A stretch of 32,000 bases of DNA from Idiomarina loihiensis L2TR (GCF_000008465.1 NC_006512.1:30001-62000), one strand, 5' to 3'. Positions 18,411-26,490 are shown, counted from the stretch's first letter. Notes: a model not told the origin generated them from the sequence alone. Program-made: numbers and translations.

Positions 18411-19970
18411 ATGAAACCGTTATTTAAAATATTAAGTTCAGTTTCGCTTGGCGTTACTTTGCTGGCCAGTGCACCTGTTTGGGCGCAAAGCGCAGACAGC
18501 ATTCGCAATACCGCCGAGGAAACGCTGGAGGCGTTTAACATTCCGGGCCTGGCCGTTGTTGCGGTTAAAGACGGCGAAGTGATTTTAGCCGAGGGTTTCG
18601 GTGTGCGTGATATAGACAGCGGCGAGCCGGTGAATGCCAATACACTGTTTGGTATTGCCTCAAACACCAAAGCCTTTACCGCAGCAGCTATGGCAACGCT
18701 GGTAGAACAGGGCAAACTAAACTGGGACGACAAAGTTATAGACTACATTCCTGAGTTTCGTTTGGCCGACCCGGCTATTACTCAATCTCTAACAATTCGC
18801 GATATCCTGAGTCACCGCTCGGGCCTTGGTCTGGGAGCGGGCGACCTAATGATCTGGCCTAACACCGATAAGTCCACCAGCGATATTCTTGCCGGGCTGG
18901 CGCACGTACCTATTGACCACGGTTTGCGCGAGCGTTTCGCCTACAACAACTTGATGTTCGTAACGGCCGGTGAAGTTATCCACCGGGTTACGGGCATGCC
19001 ATACAGAGAATACGTTGAGAAAACCTTTTTTCAGCCTTTGAATATGGACGAGAGTGTTATTGGTTTTTCGCATATACCTGAAAGTAATGACAACGTTGCG
19101 GTAGGCACTATTGAAATGAACGGTGAGCTGCATCGTTTCCCGCTAGATTTTCTTGAAGATTTTGGTGCAGCAGGTGCGACCGCAGCAAGTGTTGATGATT
19201 TAAGTAACTGGTTGATCACTCAGCTGCAGGGCGGCGTGAGCCCATCGGGTGAACGCCTCTTTTCAGAAGACTCGCAACAGGCCATGTGGCAGTTAACCAC
19301 ACCGTTGGGTACATCACCTGAAGCTGCTGAACAAGGCACGTATTTTGGTGGTTACGGCATGGGCTGGTTCGTAAAAGACTACCAGGGCGTAAAGCGGGTG
19401 TATCACAGTGGCGGTATTCTGGGCATGTTGTCGCTGACCACACTGATACCTGAAAAGAACTTTGGCATGGTGGTTCTGAGTAACCAGCAGGCTTTTGGTG
19501 GTTTAACCGCAATTACCGAAGAAGCCTTAGAAGACCTGTTAGATTTGCCCAACCGCGACTGGGTGGAGGAAGAGCAGCAAAAATATCAGGCCTTTATGAA
19601 AAGAAAAGCCGAGTTCGCGGTAGAGGAGCCTGAAGAAATAAGAGAGGCGCTTCCGCTTAAAAGCTACGCCGGTACTTATAATGACGCCTGGTACGGCGAC
19701 GTAGAAATTAGCTACGAGCAGGAAAAGCTGCGCATCAACTTTACGCACACTCCTATGCTGCAGGGCACCTTAGAGCATTATAACGACGATACTTTTATTG
19801 TGCGCTGGGACGAGCCTTTACTGGAGGCTGATGCGTTTATCGACTTTAGCGTGAACCGCAATAATGAAGTGCACAGTGCAACGCTGGAAGCCGTAGCGCC
19901 TTATACAGATTTCAGCTTCGATTTCCATAACCTGAATTTGAAAAAACAGAAGCAGGAAACCGGTGATTAA
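18411..19970 (+). CDS. Secreted serine hydrolase, beta-lactamase/transpeptidase-like (class C type) with a C-terminal extra domain
   Basis: It has a signal peptide, the SxxK motif (IASNTKAF), a Y-x-N motif (FAYNNL) and HSGG in place of KTG. A C-terminal domain of about 120 aa (YAGTYNDAWYGDVEI...) resembles the lipocalin-like add-on of many such hydrolases. Confidence 0.85.
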   Translation: MKPLFKILSSVSLGVTLLASAPVWAQSADSIRNTAEETLEAFNIPGLAVVAVKDGEVILAEGFGVRDIDSGEPVNANTLFGIASNTKAFTAAAMATLVEQGKLNWDDKVIDYIPEFRLADPAITQSLTIRDILSHRSGLGLGAGDLMIWPNTDKSTSDILAGLAHVPIDHGLRERFAYNNLMFVTAGEVIHRVTGMPYREYVEKTFFQPLNMDESVIGFSHIPESNDNVAVGTIEMNGELHRFPLDFLEDFGAAGATAASVDDLSNWLITQLQGGVSPSGERLFSEDSQQAMWQLTTPLGTSPEAAEQGTYFGGYGMGWFVKDYQGVKRVYHSGGILGMLSLTTLIPEKNFGMVVLSNQQAFGGLTAITEEALEDLLDLPNRDWVEEEQQKYQAFMKRKAEFAVEEPEEIREALPLKSYAGTYNDAWYGDVEISYEQEKLRINFTHTPMLQGTLEHYNDDTFIVRWDEPLLEADAFIDFSVNRNNEVHSATLEAVAPYTDFSFDFHNLNLKKQKQETGD

Positions 19971-19978
19971 AAGATTCA

Positions 19979-20007
19979 GCAGCCAGAGCCTTCTGGCTGC
20001 TTATTTT
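19979..20007. terminator. Bidirectional terminator between convergent serine hydrolase and GST genes
   Basis: A perfect 9-bp stem GCAGCCAGA-GCCT-TCTGGCTGC is followed by TTATTTT on the + strand and by TGAATCTTTT on the - strand. Confidence 0.75.
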
Positions 20008-20015
20008 CAGACGTT

Positions 20016-20654
20016 CTAGCCTTTACTCAATTCGTCATCGAGTTTCGTTGCCCGCTGGAAAGCGGGGCGCTTCTCAATTCGTTCAACATAACGTTTGAAT
20101 GAGTCGCGCTCCTCCAGTGTTTTGAACTGCATGCCCCAGCTAATATGACTACCAACGTATACATCTGCCGCGGTAAACTGCTCGCCACAAATATAAGGTC
20201 CTTTAGAAACGGCTAATTCAAGAGCTTTCAGGACATCGTCGTGACTACCAGAGCCAACCATTTGCAGGTTATCTTCAAGGTTCCAGCCACAGGCTTTGGC
20301 GCTGTTGGCCATTTCCACCGGACCGGCCGCAAAGAATAGCCAACGGTAGTAAGTTCCTCGCTCCGGGCTGTCCAGTGGTGGAGCTAAGTTCTTTTCCGGA
20401 AACTGATCGGCCAGGTAGGCACAAATGGCGGCGGTTTCCGTAACAACCAAATCGCCGTGTTGTATTGCCGGCACCTTTCCTAACGGATTAACTTTCAGAT
20501 ACTCGGGCGTTTTCATCTCGCCATTGTAGTTAAGTACTTTGACCGTATACGGCTGGCCAACCTCTTCCAGCATACGACGAACAATGCGTGCCCGGGACTC
20601 AGGGTTAGTATAGAAAACGATTTCTTTGGTGTTTTTAGACATATTTTCTTTCAT
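20016..20654 (-). CDS. Glutathione S-transferase
   Basis: The N-terminal thioredoxin-like domain (NPLGKVPAIQHGDLVVTETAAICAYL) and a helical C-terminal domain are present. GGAG lies 7 nt upstream of the ATG at 20654. Confidence 0.9.
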   Translation of the reverse strand: MKENMSKNTKEIVFYTNPESRARIVRRMLEEVGQPYTVKVLNYNGEMKTPEYLKVNPLGKVPAIQHGDLVVTETAAICAYLADQFPEKNLAPPLDSPERGTYYRWLFFAAGPVEMANSAKACGWNLEDNLQMVGSGSHDDVLKALELAVSKGPYICGEQFTAADVYVGSHISWGMQFKTLEERDSFKRYVERIEKRPAFQRATKLDDELSKG

Positions 20655-20706
20655 AGCTCAGCTCCTTTTTATTGTGGGTTTTACGTCTGATAAGAACTAT
20701 ATTGTC

Positions 20707-20733
20707 TATATAGGTCATAATTAGTCCTATATA
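20707..20733. promoter_or_regulatory. Inverted repeat in the GST / yafY-like divergent promoter region (candidate operator)
   Basis: TATATAGG (20707-20714), 11 nt, CCTATATA (20726-20733). A third half-site, CTATAT, is at 20697-20702. Confidence 0.25.
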
Positions 20734-20779
20734 AAAATATTTATCTAAATTTATTTTCACCGCTTTTTTCAGGAAAATT

Positions 20780-21724
20780 ATGACCGGCCCGACAACACGA
20801 GTACTCGCCTTACTAGAGTTATTGCAGTCCCACAAGCGCTTGAGCGGCACTGAAATTGCAGAAATGCTAGGCGTGGATAAACGCACAGTCAGGCGCTATA
20901 TCAGTGCGCTTGAGGAGTTGGGTATTCCGGTTACCACAGAGCATGGCCCACATGGAGGCTATATGCTGGTTGCCGGTTTTAAGCTGCCGCCGATGATGTT
21001 TACTCATGAAGAAACGCTGGCGCTTTCGCTAGGCTTGTTGGCAGCGAAAACTCTTCAACTAACCGATGCATCGCCGGCGTTGACCAGCGTTCAGGCGAAA
21101 CTTGAGCGCGTTATGCCAGAGCATATTCAGGCAAGGGCTCGCTCCATTACACAGCATACAAACCTGTTATTGCCCGACTCTGGGCTGCCGCAGGAACAGT
21201 CGTTATTAATGCCGTTAATGGAAGCCATAGAGAGCCAGCGGCGGGTACAAGTTGTGTATGTGGGCAAAGCTGAGCCCGGGCAGCAGCGCGAGCTCGATCC
21301 TTACGGTATGTTCTATAGGCTAGGACACTGGTATATAGGCGGATTCTGCCATTTGCGGCAGGCATTGCGCACCTTTCGATTAGACCGTTTAGCCGAGGTG
21401 ACACTACTTAAAGCGACCTTTGAAAGGCCTTTAAACTACAACGCCGCCGAACAGTTCAAACAAAGCCTGTGTGCCATGCCAGGCAACCTGAAAGTGCGAG
21501 TTTTATTACATACCGACCTGGACACAGCGACCCGCGAGCTAGGCACAAGCGCCAGTATTTTAACCCAGGAAGACAACGCGATATTTATTGAAACCGTGGT
21601 AGACAGCACAGAATGGTTTGCCTGGTGGCTGGTTCGCTTGCCTTTCGACTTCACCATTATAAGCCCCGACAGCTTGAAACAAGCCTTGCGGCGCCGTGCC
21701 GAGCAGCTTATGGGTTATTGTTAG
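20780..21724 (+). CDS. YafY-family transcriptional regulator (wHTH + WYL domain)
   Basis: The N-terminal HTH is RVLALLELLQSHKRLSGTEIAEMLGVDKRTVRRYISALEELGIPV. The central WYL-type segment is DPYGMFYRLGHWYIGGFCHLRQALRTFRLDRL. Confidence 0.85.
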   Translation: MTGPTTRVLALLELLQSHKRLSGTEIAEMLGVDKRTVRRYISALEELGIPVTTEHGPHGGYMLVAGFKLPPMMFTHEETLALSLGLLAAKTLQLTDASPALTSVQAKLERVMPEHIQARARSITQHTNLLLPDSGLPQEQSLLMPLMEAIESQRRVQVVYVGKAEPGQQRELDPYGMFYRLGHWYIGGFCHLRQALRTFRLDRLAEVTLLKATFERPLNYNAAEQFKQSLCAMPGNLKVRVLLHTDLDTATRELGTSASILTQEDNAIFIETVVDSTEWFAWWLVRLPFDFTIISPDSLKQALRRRAEQLMGYC

Positions 21725-21748
21725 TGGTATCTGCCCGGTTTGCAGCAC

Positions 21749-21777
21749 TGGACATTGCGGCAGATATTCCCTAAAAT
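21749..21777 (+). promoter_or_regulatory. Putative sigma70 promoter of the tRNA-Arg gene
   Basis: TGGACA (21749-21754), a 17-nt spacer and TAAAAT (21772-21777) are followed by a GC-rich discriminator (CCACGCC), as in stringently controlled stable-RNA promoters. The tRNA starts about 25 nt downstream. Confidence 0.45.
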
Positions 21778-21806
21778 CCACGCCTGCTCTGAAGACTCCA
21801 AACTAC

Positions 21807-21884
21807 GCGCCCGTAGCTCAGCTGGATAGAGCGCCGCCCTCCGGAGGCGGAGGTCACAGGTTTCGACTCCTGTCGGGCGCGCCA
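21807..21884 (+). tRNA. argX: tRNA-Arg (anticodon CCG), 78 nt, with an 8-nt T-loop
   Basis: The cloverleaf was read by hand: acceptor GCGCCCG/CGGGCGC, D arm GCTC-AGCTGGATA-GAGC, anticodon arm CCGCC-CTCCGGA-GGCGG, variable AGGTC, T arm ACAGG-TTTCGACT-CCTGT, then G-CCA. It is almost identical to E. coli tRNA-Arg(CCG) apart from one extra T in the T-loop. Confidence 0.9.
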
Positions 21885-21998
21885 TTTCCCTAGCCTGCAG
21901 AGATTTTCCTCCTTTCGTATCTACTCTAAATTCTTTTCTTTGCTGATTTTTCGGCGTGACCGTTAGCTATTGTGGCTGATTTGGCGCTGGATCAGGGC

Positions 21999-22016
21999 TG
22001 TGTCCATTCTGTGTCC
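21999..22016 (+). repeat. 18-nt arm motif TGTGTCC-ATTC-TGTGTCC (copy 1)
   Basis: It is identical to 26730-26747. Internally it is a 7-nt direct repeat with 11-bp periodicity. It lies 115 nt after the tRNA 3' end. Confidence 0.8.
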
Positions 22017-22178
22017 AGATTGTGGCCGCGGTTGCGGGTGACAAATTAGCGGATGTAAATTTTGACCTTTGCCTAATCTAATAATAAAACGAACTCCTCC
22101 AGAGAAAAAGTAATCGGCTCACTACATGCTTTATTTAGCAGGTGGAGCTGTGTAGTAATTTCCGTTATCGCTCCAGAA

Positions 22179-22517
22179 CTATAACCAGCCTGAGTCGTTC
22201 ATAACGAAATATTCGCCAAACGTGTTTTCTTCAACATTCTCAATTTTTGTTCCGTGTTTTATATCGCTTAATGTTACTTCATGCTTGCTAATTTCACCTG
22301 GCCCGAATACTTGGGCAATATAATGCTTTCCGTTTTCGCTATACAAATACATCGTTGTCTCCAAACCGTTTTTGGCATCCCACTTCCCTATTATTTCACC
22401 TACTATTCCGGGATCTACTGATTCAAGAGCGTCCTTTTCTGCAGTAGTTTTGCCCATAATATTTACATTCAATATTGGAGCGTAGTCGGTTCTTGCCCAG
22501 TAAACAGAAGTGCTCAA
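22179..22517 (-). CDS. Hypothetical protein (no family recognised)
   Basis: This is an ORF of up to 112 aa downstream of the deaminase on the same strand, with protein-like composition (…GKWDAKNGLETTMYLYSENGKHYIAQVFGPGEISKHEV…). The start is unclear (TTG at 22517 or ATG at 22457) and neither has a good SD. Confidence 0.4.
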   Translation of the reverse strand: MSTSVYWARTDYAPILNVNIMGKTTAEKDALESVDPGIVGEIIGKWDAKNGLETTMYLYSENGKHYIAQVFGPGEISKHEVTLSDIKHGTKIENVEENTFGEYFVMNDSGWL

Positions 22518-22615
22518 CCTTTAATCGAGTTTAAGGGGCTGGAAAGACTGAAAATTCGTGTAGTTATAACCTAATCCTTGTTAAACCATAGCTTTCTGGT
22601 TTTTAGCGAAACTAT

Positions 22616-23041
22616 TTATGATTTTGCTAAATAGGGGGAAAGGAATTGTGCTACCAGTTCAGCACACAGGCCGACCTCAACTTTTACGCCTCCCGCCGTT
22701 AGTATCTCTGCGCCTTTACCATTGTTTCTGATGTCTGGGTCGAGCATTGCGATAATCACATGCTTGATGCCCGAAGCGAGAAGTGTGCTTGCGCAAGCAG
22801 CAGTCCGGCCGACAAAAGAACAAGGCTCTAAAGTGACGTATGCAGTAACGCCGCTTAGGTCTCCTGAATGAGCATTTAAAGCCTCTACTTCTGCATGACT
22901 TCCACCAATGGCCTGCGTAAAGCCTTTGGATATTACTTCGCCATCTTTAACCAGCACACATCCGACAGGAGGATTCGGTTCACAGTGGGGAAGTGCTTGT
23001 TTGGAAATATTCAAAGCTTCCAGCATGAATTTTTCAGACAT
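22616..23041 (-). CDS. Stand-alone RibD-like (CMP/dCMP-type) zinc deaminase domain protein
   Basis: PNPPVGCVLVKDGEVISKGF...GGSHAEVEAL...AYVTLEPCSFVGRTAACASTLLASGIKHVIIAMLDPD parallels the RibD N-terminal deaminase domain (HAE ... PCxxxGRTxxC). No reductase domain follows. An SD (GAAGG) is present. Confidence 0.85.
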   Translation of the reverse strand: MSEKFMLEALNISKQALPHCEPNPPVGCVLVKDGEVISKGFTQAIGGSHAEVEALNAHSGDLSGVTAYVTLEPCSFVGRTAACASTLLASGIKHVIIAMLDPDIRNNGKGAEILTAGGVKVEVGLCAELVAQFLSPYLAKS

Positions 23042-23070
23042 TTGAAACCTTCACCCCCGGTTTAGCTGGT

Positions 23071-23213
23071 TTACTTTAGTATGCCGTCATCAACAGCCTG
23101 CTCAAGTTTACTTCTGATGACAGACCAAAGCGCTTTGATGTCGCTCTCAATTCGTTGGTTTACGGAAAGCCCCTTACCTTTAGTAATTCCATGCGCCTTC
23201 CAGTTGGGGTTCT
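23071..23213 (-). pseudogene. 3' remnant (about 46 codons) of an unidentified gene truncated by the IS3-family element
   Basis: The frame opens immediately after the presumed IS end and reads NPNWKAHGITKGKGLSVNQRIESDIKALWSVIRSKLEQAVDDGILK*. It has no start codon. The stop lies 30 nt upstream of the deaminase ATG, suggesting a former first gene of that operon. Confidence 0.35.
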
Positions 23214-23216
23214 ACT

Positions 23217-24262
23217 TCGTTATCACGGACGGTTTAAAATCGCGCTAAACTGCTGATCTTGTTTTGCCAGTCTACGACGCATTCTTGGATTATGAAACCG
23301 CTCAATATAATCAAAAATATCTGAACGAGCTTTATCCCTTGTTCGATAATGGCGATAATTCACTCTTTCACGCTTCAGTATCCCAAAAAATCCTTCACAG
23401 CCGGCGTTGTCGCTGCAGTTACCGACTGCGCTCATGCTGCTGATCAGGTTATTAAATTTGAGAGCACGCTGATAATCACCGCTGGTAAATTGAGAACCGC
23501 TATCCGAATGTAAAATCACAGGCTGATTGCCTGTTCGTTGCCAGACGGCCATTTCCACTGCGCGAACAACCATGTAACGATCCTGCCGATGATGCATAGA
23601 CCAGCCCACTATCCGTTTGCTGTACAAGTCGAGCACAACGCACAGAAACGGTTTACCTTCGGTGGTTTTGACTTCGCCATTTAGTTTCAGGCTCTGTTGC
23701 TGTGAAGTCACGTGCCAGGTGATCTTTAAGGCCAGCGGGTCTGGCGGCCGGTCGCTTTCGGCCTCGTCCTTTCTTATGAGTCCAGCCCTGAAAGCCATTA
23801 ACGGCCATTAAGCGGGCCACACGATTCAGACTCACTCGTTCACCTTCAATAGACAGATCTTCATGCATACGTGGTGCGCCAATTACACCACCACTGTCCT
23901 CGTGGATCTCCTTAATGCGCGTCAGTATCCGCTGATTTTCGACGTCCCGGGCACTGGGAGGCTGTGCTGCCCAGGCGTAATATCCGTTGGGTGACATTTT
24001 CAGACATCGACACATTAAGCGTATCGGAAACTTATCTCGGCAACGCTCTATCGCCTGATATCTCAGAACGAGTCTTTTGCGAAGAACGTTGCCGCTTCTT
24101 GCAAAAATCCCGTTCCTTTTTAAGCCGGGAATTCTCGCGTTTAAGCCGCGCCATTTCTTCGTCACGGGGGTTACTTGATCCCTTGAAAGCTTTTTAGAGG
24201 ATGGTTCGGCTTCACGCCGCCACCGGCTGAGCAAAGAGTAATTTAAGGCCAGACTTCCGACT
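23217..24262 (-). mobile_element. Decayed, 5'-truncated IS3-family insertion sequence (orfA/orfB transposase pseudogene)
   Basis: OrfB DDE core: LCVVLDLYSKRIVGWSM...ILHSDSGSQFTS...GNCSDNAGCEGFFGILKRE. The OrfA leucine-zipper end ([19 protein letters not shown] / [13 protein letters not shown]) is split over frames. A further frameshift lies near 23700 (TKW / [14 protein letters not shown]). The OrfA N-terminal HTH and left inverted repeat are missing, and the remnant abuts the EamA stop at 24263. Confidence 0.8.
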
Positions 24263-25111
24263 TTAAGCCGATCTATTAGAGTTCCGCAGAGTTAAAACGG
24301 TGAGTGGTGCAATGATAAGGACTGAACCTATATAAAACCTTGCGTCAGGGGTTTCGGTAAAAAACACAATCCCCAGTATTACCGCCCCAATAAGGCCTGT
24401 ATACTCGGCGCTGGTGACTTTGTTGCTTTCTGCGGCTCGATAAGCAAAAACGCAGGTACCGGCATAAATCATCGCAAACAAACTGGAGCCCACTGAAATT
24501 AAAAAAGTACTGACATCAAAACTGGCACCTTCAAACCATGCCATTGCAGAAGCTAAAGGAATACCCAATAGGTTAGTTAAGTAAAGCGTGTCCAGAATAC
24601 TGTGTTCAGCCGGAAGCTTTTTTACTAGCAGATTATTGAGCGCCAGGGTTGTAGCAACCACCAGGGCCGCCAACGCAAAAATGTTTGTAGAGGAGGGGTT
24701 CACAATTACCAATACGCCAACCATGCCTAAGACTGCAGTAATCAAAGATAAGCGTGTGACACGCTCTTTAAAAAACATGCGGGCTAATACAACCGTGATA
24801 ATAGGCGCCGCATAAAATATGGCATTCGCAGTCGCTAGCGGTAAAGTGGTTAATGATATCACCATAAACACCGTACCGAGTAAAAAAATATGAGCGCGAG
24901 TGGCATGCCAACGTATATTCTTAGGCAATAATGGGCGCTTAAAAAGCAACATAAACGGTAAAAGCATCAGCGTGGCACTTATTTGACGGTATAAAACAAA
25001 TTGAAAAGGTGCCTCAAAACCATCCAGTAGCTTAATCAAAGAATCTGAGAGAATAACGATGTTATTTCCTAAGACCAACATAATAATAGCCATGAGCAAT
25101 GAGCGATCCAC
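24263..25111 (-). CDS. DMT-superfamily (EamA-type) transporter
   Basis: It has a 10-TM hydrophobic profile and two EamA-like halves. The GTG start at 25111 is preceded by a strong SD (AGAGGAGA). Confidence 0.85.
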   Translation of the reverse strand: MDRSLLMAIIMLVLGNNIVILSDSLIKLLDGFEAPFQFVLYRQISATLMLLPFMLLFKRPLLPKNIRWHATRAHIFLLGTVFMVISLTTLPLATANAIFYAAPIITVVLARMFFKERVTRLSLITAVLGMVGVLVIVNPSSTNIFALAALVVATTLALNNLLVKKLPAEHSILDTLYLTNLLGIPLASAMAWFEGASFDVSTFLISVGSSLFAMIYAGTCVFAYRAAESNKVTSAEYTGLIGAVILGIVFFTETPDARFYIGSVLIIAPLTVLTLRNSNRSA

Positions 25112-25213
25112 CTTTGTTCTCCTCTTTAAACTGTTAGCGATGAGGGCATTTTACGTGGCTCTTTTTATTAAATATAATGATATTAACTAATTTTCACATG
25201 AGGTTTTTAGATA

Positions 25214-26110
25214 ATGAGCCTTCCGCTTCGCTCCATCCATTATTTTGTTGAAGTTGCGCGTTGCGAGAGCTTTTCCCTGGCAGCAGAGCGCTTACATGTG
25301 TCACAAAGTGCCGTGAGTCATCAGGTGGCACTACTTGAAGGATATTTGGGTGATGATCTCTTTGTTCGGCGGGGCCGCAAAATTTTGTTAACAGCAGTCG
25401 GCGAGAACTATTTTAATGAAGTTGCTGGAGCAATTAACGCGATTGAAGGGGCGACTGCAAACGTCAGGCAATATGATACCCGGCAGGTAAAGCTGGCGGT
25501 GCATGGTTCGTTAGCGGTAAAGTGGCTGATACCGGCCCTCGATGAGTTCCGACAACGCTATCCTAATGTGGAATTGACGCTGCAAATGCTGACTCAGGAT
25601 GGTAATTTTGATACCCAGTGGGCTGACTGCTTTATTACAACACAGCCGCCAGGCATGGGTTATCAGCGCTACCATTTGTATGATGAAACGTTAAAGCCCT
25701 ATTGTTCAAAAGCATTATGGGCTGAGGCTCATCGGCTCGAAAGTGCGGGTGACCTCATTCAATATCCATTACTGTCAGCGATAAGCGCATTTGCCAGCGG
25801 CGAACCGGGAACCGACTGGCAGCGTTGGTTTAAAAAAGCCAACCTTCGGTTACCTGTGAGCGCTAGGGTTCACCACTTTAGTCATTTATTACTTGCTGCC
25901 GAGGCGGCTAAATACGGACAGGGAATTGCGCTGTTAAATGAGTTTATGACAACCGAGCAAGAGCGTGAAGAAAGTTTGTTTGAATTGCCGTTTCACAGTA
26001 TTCAAACCGATGACAGTTTCTATTTTGTTTACCCTTCCAGTACCGCTAAAAGTCCCGGGCTTGAGTCCCTGGGCGATTGGTTGGTCGCCTTATGCCGTAC
26101 ACGGCATTAG
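25214..26110 (+). CDS. LysR-family transcriptional regulator
   Basis: The N-terminal HTH is LRSIHYFVEVARCESFSLAAERLHVSQSAVSHQVALLEGYLGDDLFVRRGRK, followed by a periplasmic-binding-protein-like effector domain. It is divergent from the EamA gene. Confidence 0.9.
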   Translation: MSLPLRSIHYFVEVARCESFSLAAERLHVSQSAVSHQVALLEGYLGDDLFVRRGRKILLTAVGENYFNEVAGAINAIEGATANVRQYDTRQVKLAVHGSLAVKWLIPALDEFRQRYPNVELTLQMLTQDGNFDTQWADCFITTQPPGMGYQRYHLYDETLKPYCSKALWAEAHRLESAGDLIQYPLLSAISAFASGEPGTDWQRWFKKANLRLPVSARVHHFSHLLLAAEAAKYGQGIALLNEFMTTEQEREESLFELPFHSIQTDDSFYFVYPSSTAKSPGLESLGDWLVALCRTRH

Positions 26111-26265
26111 TCTTGATACTTAACTTGTCAGCCTTAGCAATACTGGCCTCGAGTTCTCTCCAGGTAGCGATGTGTCTCGAGCCTAATGGCAATGAGGAAC
26201 CCAGATTTATCTTGTAAAAAATGAGTGGGTAGAATCCAGGCGCTGCTAAGAAGCGCCCGGTAGAT

Positions 26266-26346
26266 TTAAACCCCCAAAGTTACAGCATAAGTTAACATCA
26301 GTACCGAGAGTCCAATGAAGATAATACACAGAGGCAGAAACTGCAT
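26266..26346 (-). CDS. Speculative 26-aa hydrophobic peptide ORF (type I toxin-like)
   Basis: The translation is MQFLPLCIIFIGLSVLMLTYAVTLGV*. The ATG is immediately preceded (minus sense) by the hairpin AGGGAG-CTAAAC-CTCCCT (26347-26364). There is no conservation evidence. Confidence 0.15.
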   Translation of the reverse strand: MQFLPLCIIFIGLSVLMLTYAVTLGV

Positions 26347-26490
26347 AGGGAGGTTTAGCTCCCTTTCAAGAGCACTTGCTCCTACCAAATTATAGGCGTT
26401 TTAGTTAATATTTAAACCACGGTGATTGCTAATCGACGCATAATTTAGGGTAGTGGTTATCTGGCTAACTATCCTTTTTTCCATACCCTT

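Noticed and set aside
17123-19748. Shadow ORFs inside the amidohydrolase and serine hydrolase genes (for example 18380-18733, 18846-19133, 19216-19512)
   Set aside because: They are out of frame with or antisense to genes that have catalytic motifs, and they have no independent signals.
21696-21893. 65-aa ORF spanning the tRNA-Arg gene, plus ORFs 26581-26778 and 26729-26962 spanning att copy 2 and the 18-mer
   Set aside because: They read through a tRNA gene or its repeated fragment, which explains the shared SGAP... peptide. They are artefacts of the repeat rather than genes.
21970-22026. TTGTGGC 7-mers at 21970 and 22020 flanking the 18-mer, resembling the start of the right-arm motif
   Set aside because: A 7-mer is expected several times by chance in 32 kb on two strands, and one also occurs inside cioA at about 15173. 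It is not strong enough to call as a binding site.
23223-24234. ORFs 23223-23798 and 23653-24234 as two intact genes
   Set aside because: They are frame-shifted pieces of a single IS3-family orfAB transposase lacking its 5' end, so they are annotated as one decayed mobile element.
25112-25213. LysR T-N11-A box in the EamA/LysR divergent region (TTAAATATAATGATATTAA)
   Set aside because: The AT-rich sequence has only partial dyad symmetry, so many alternative T-N11-A readings are possible. It is not specific enough to report.
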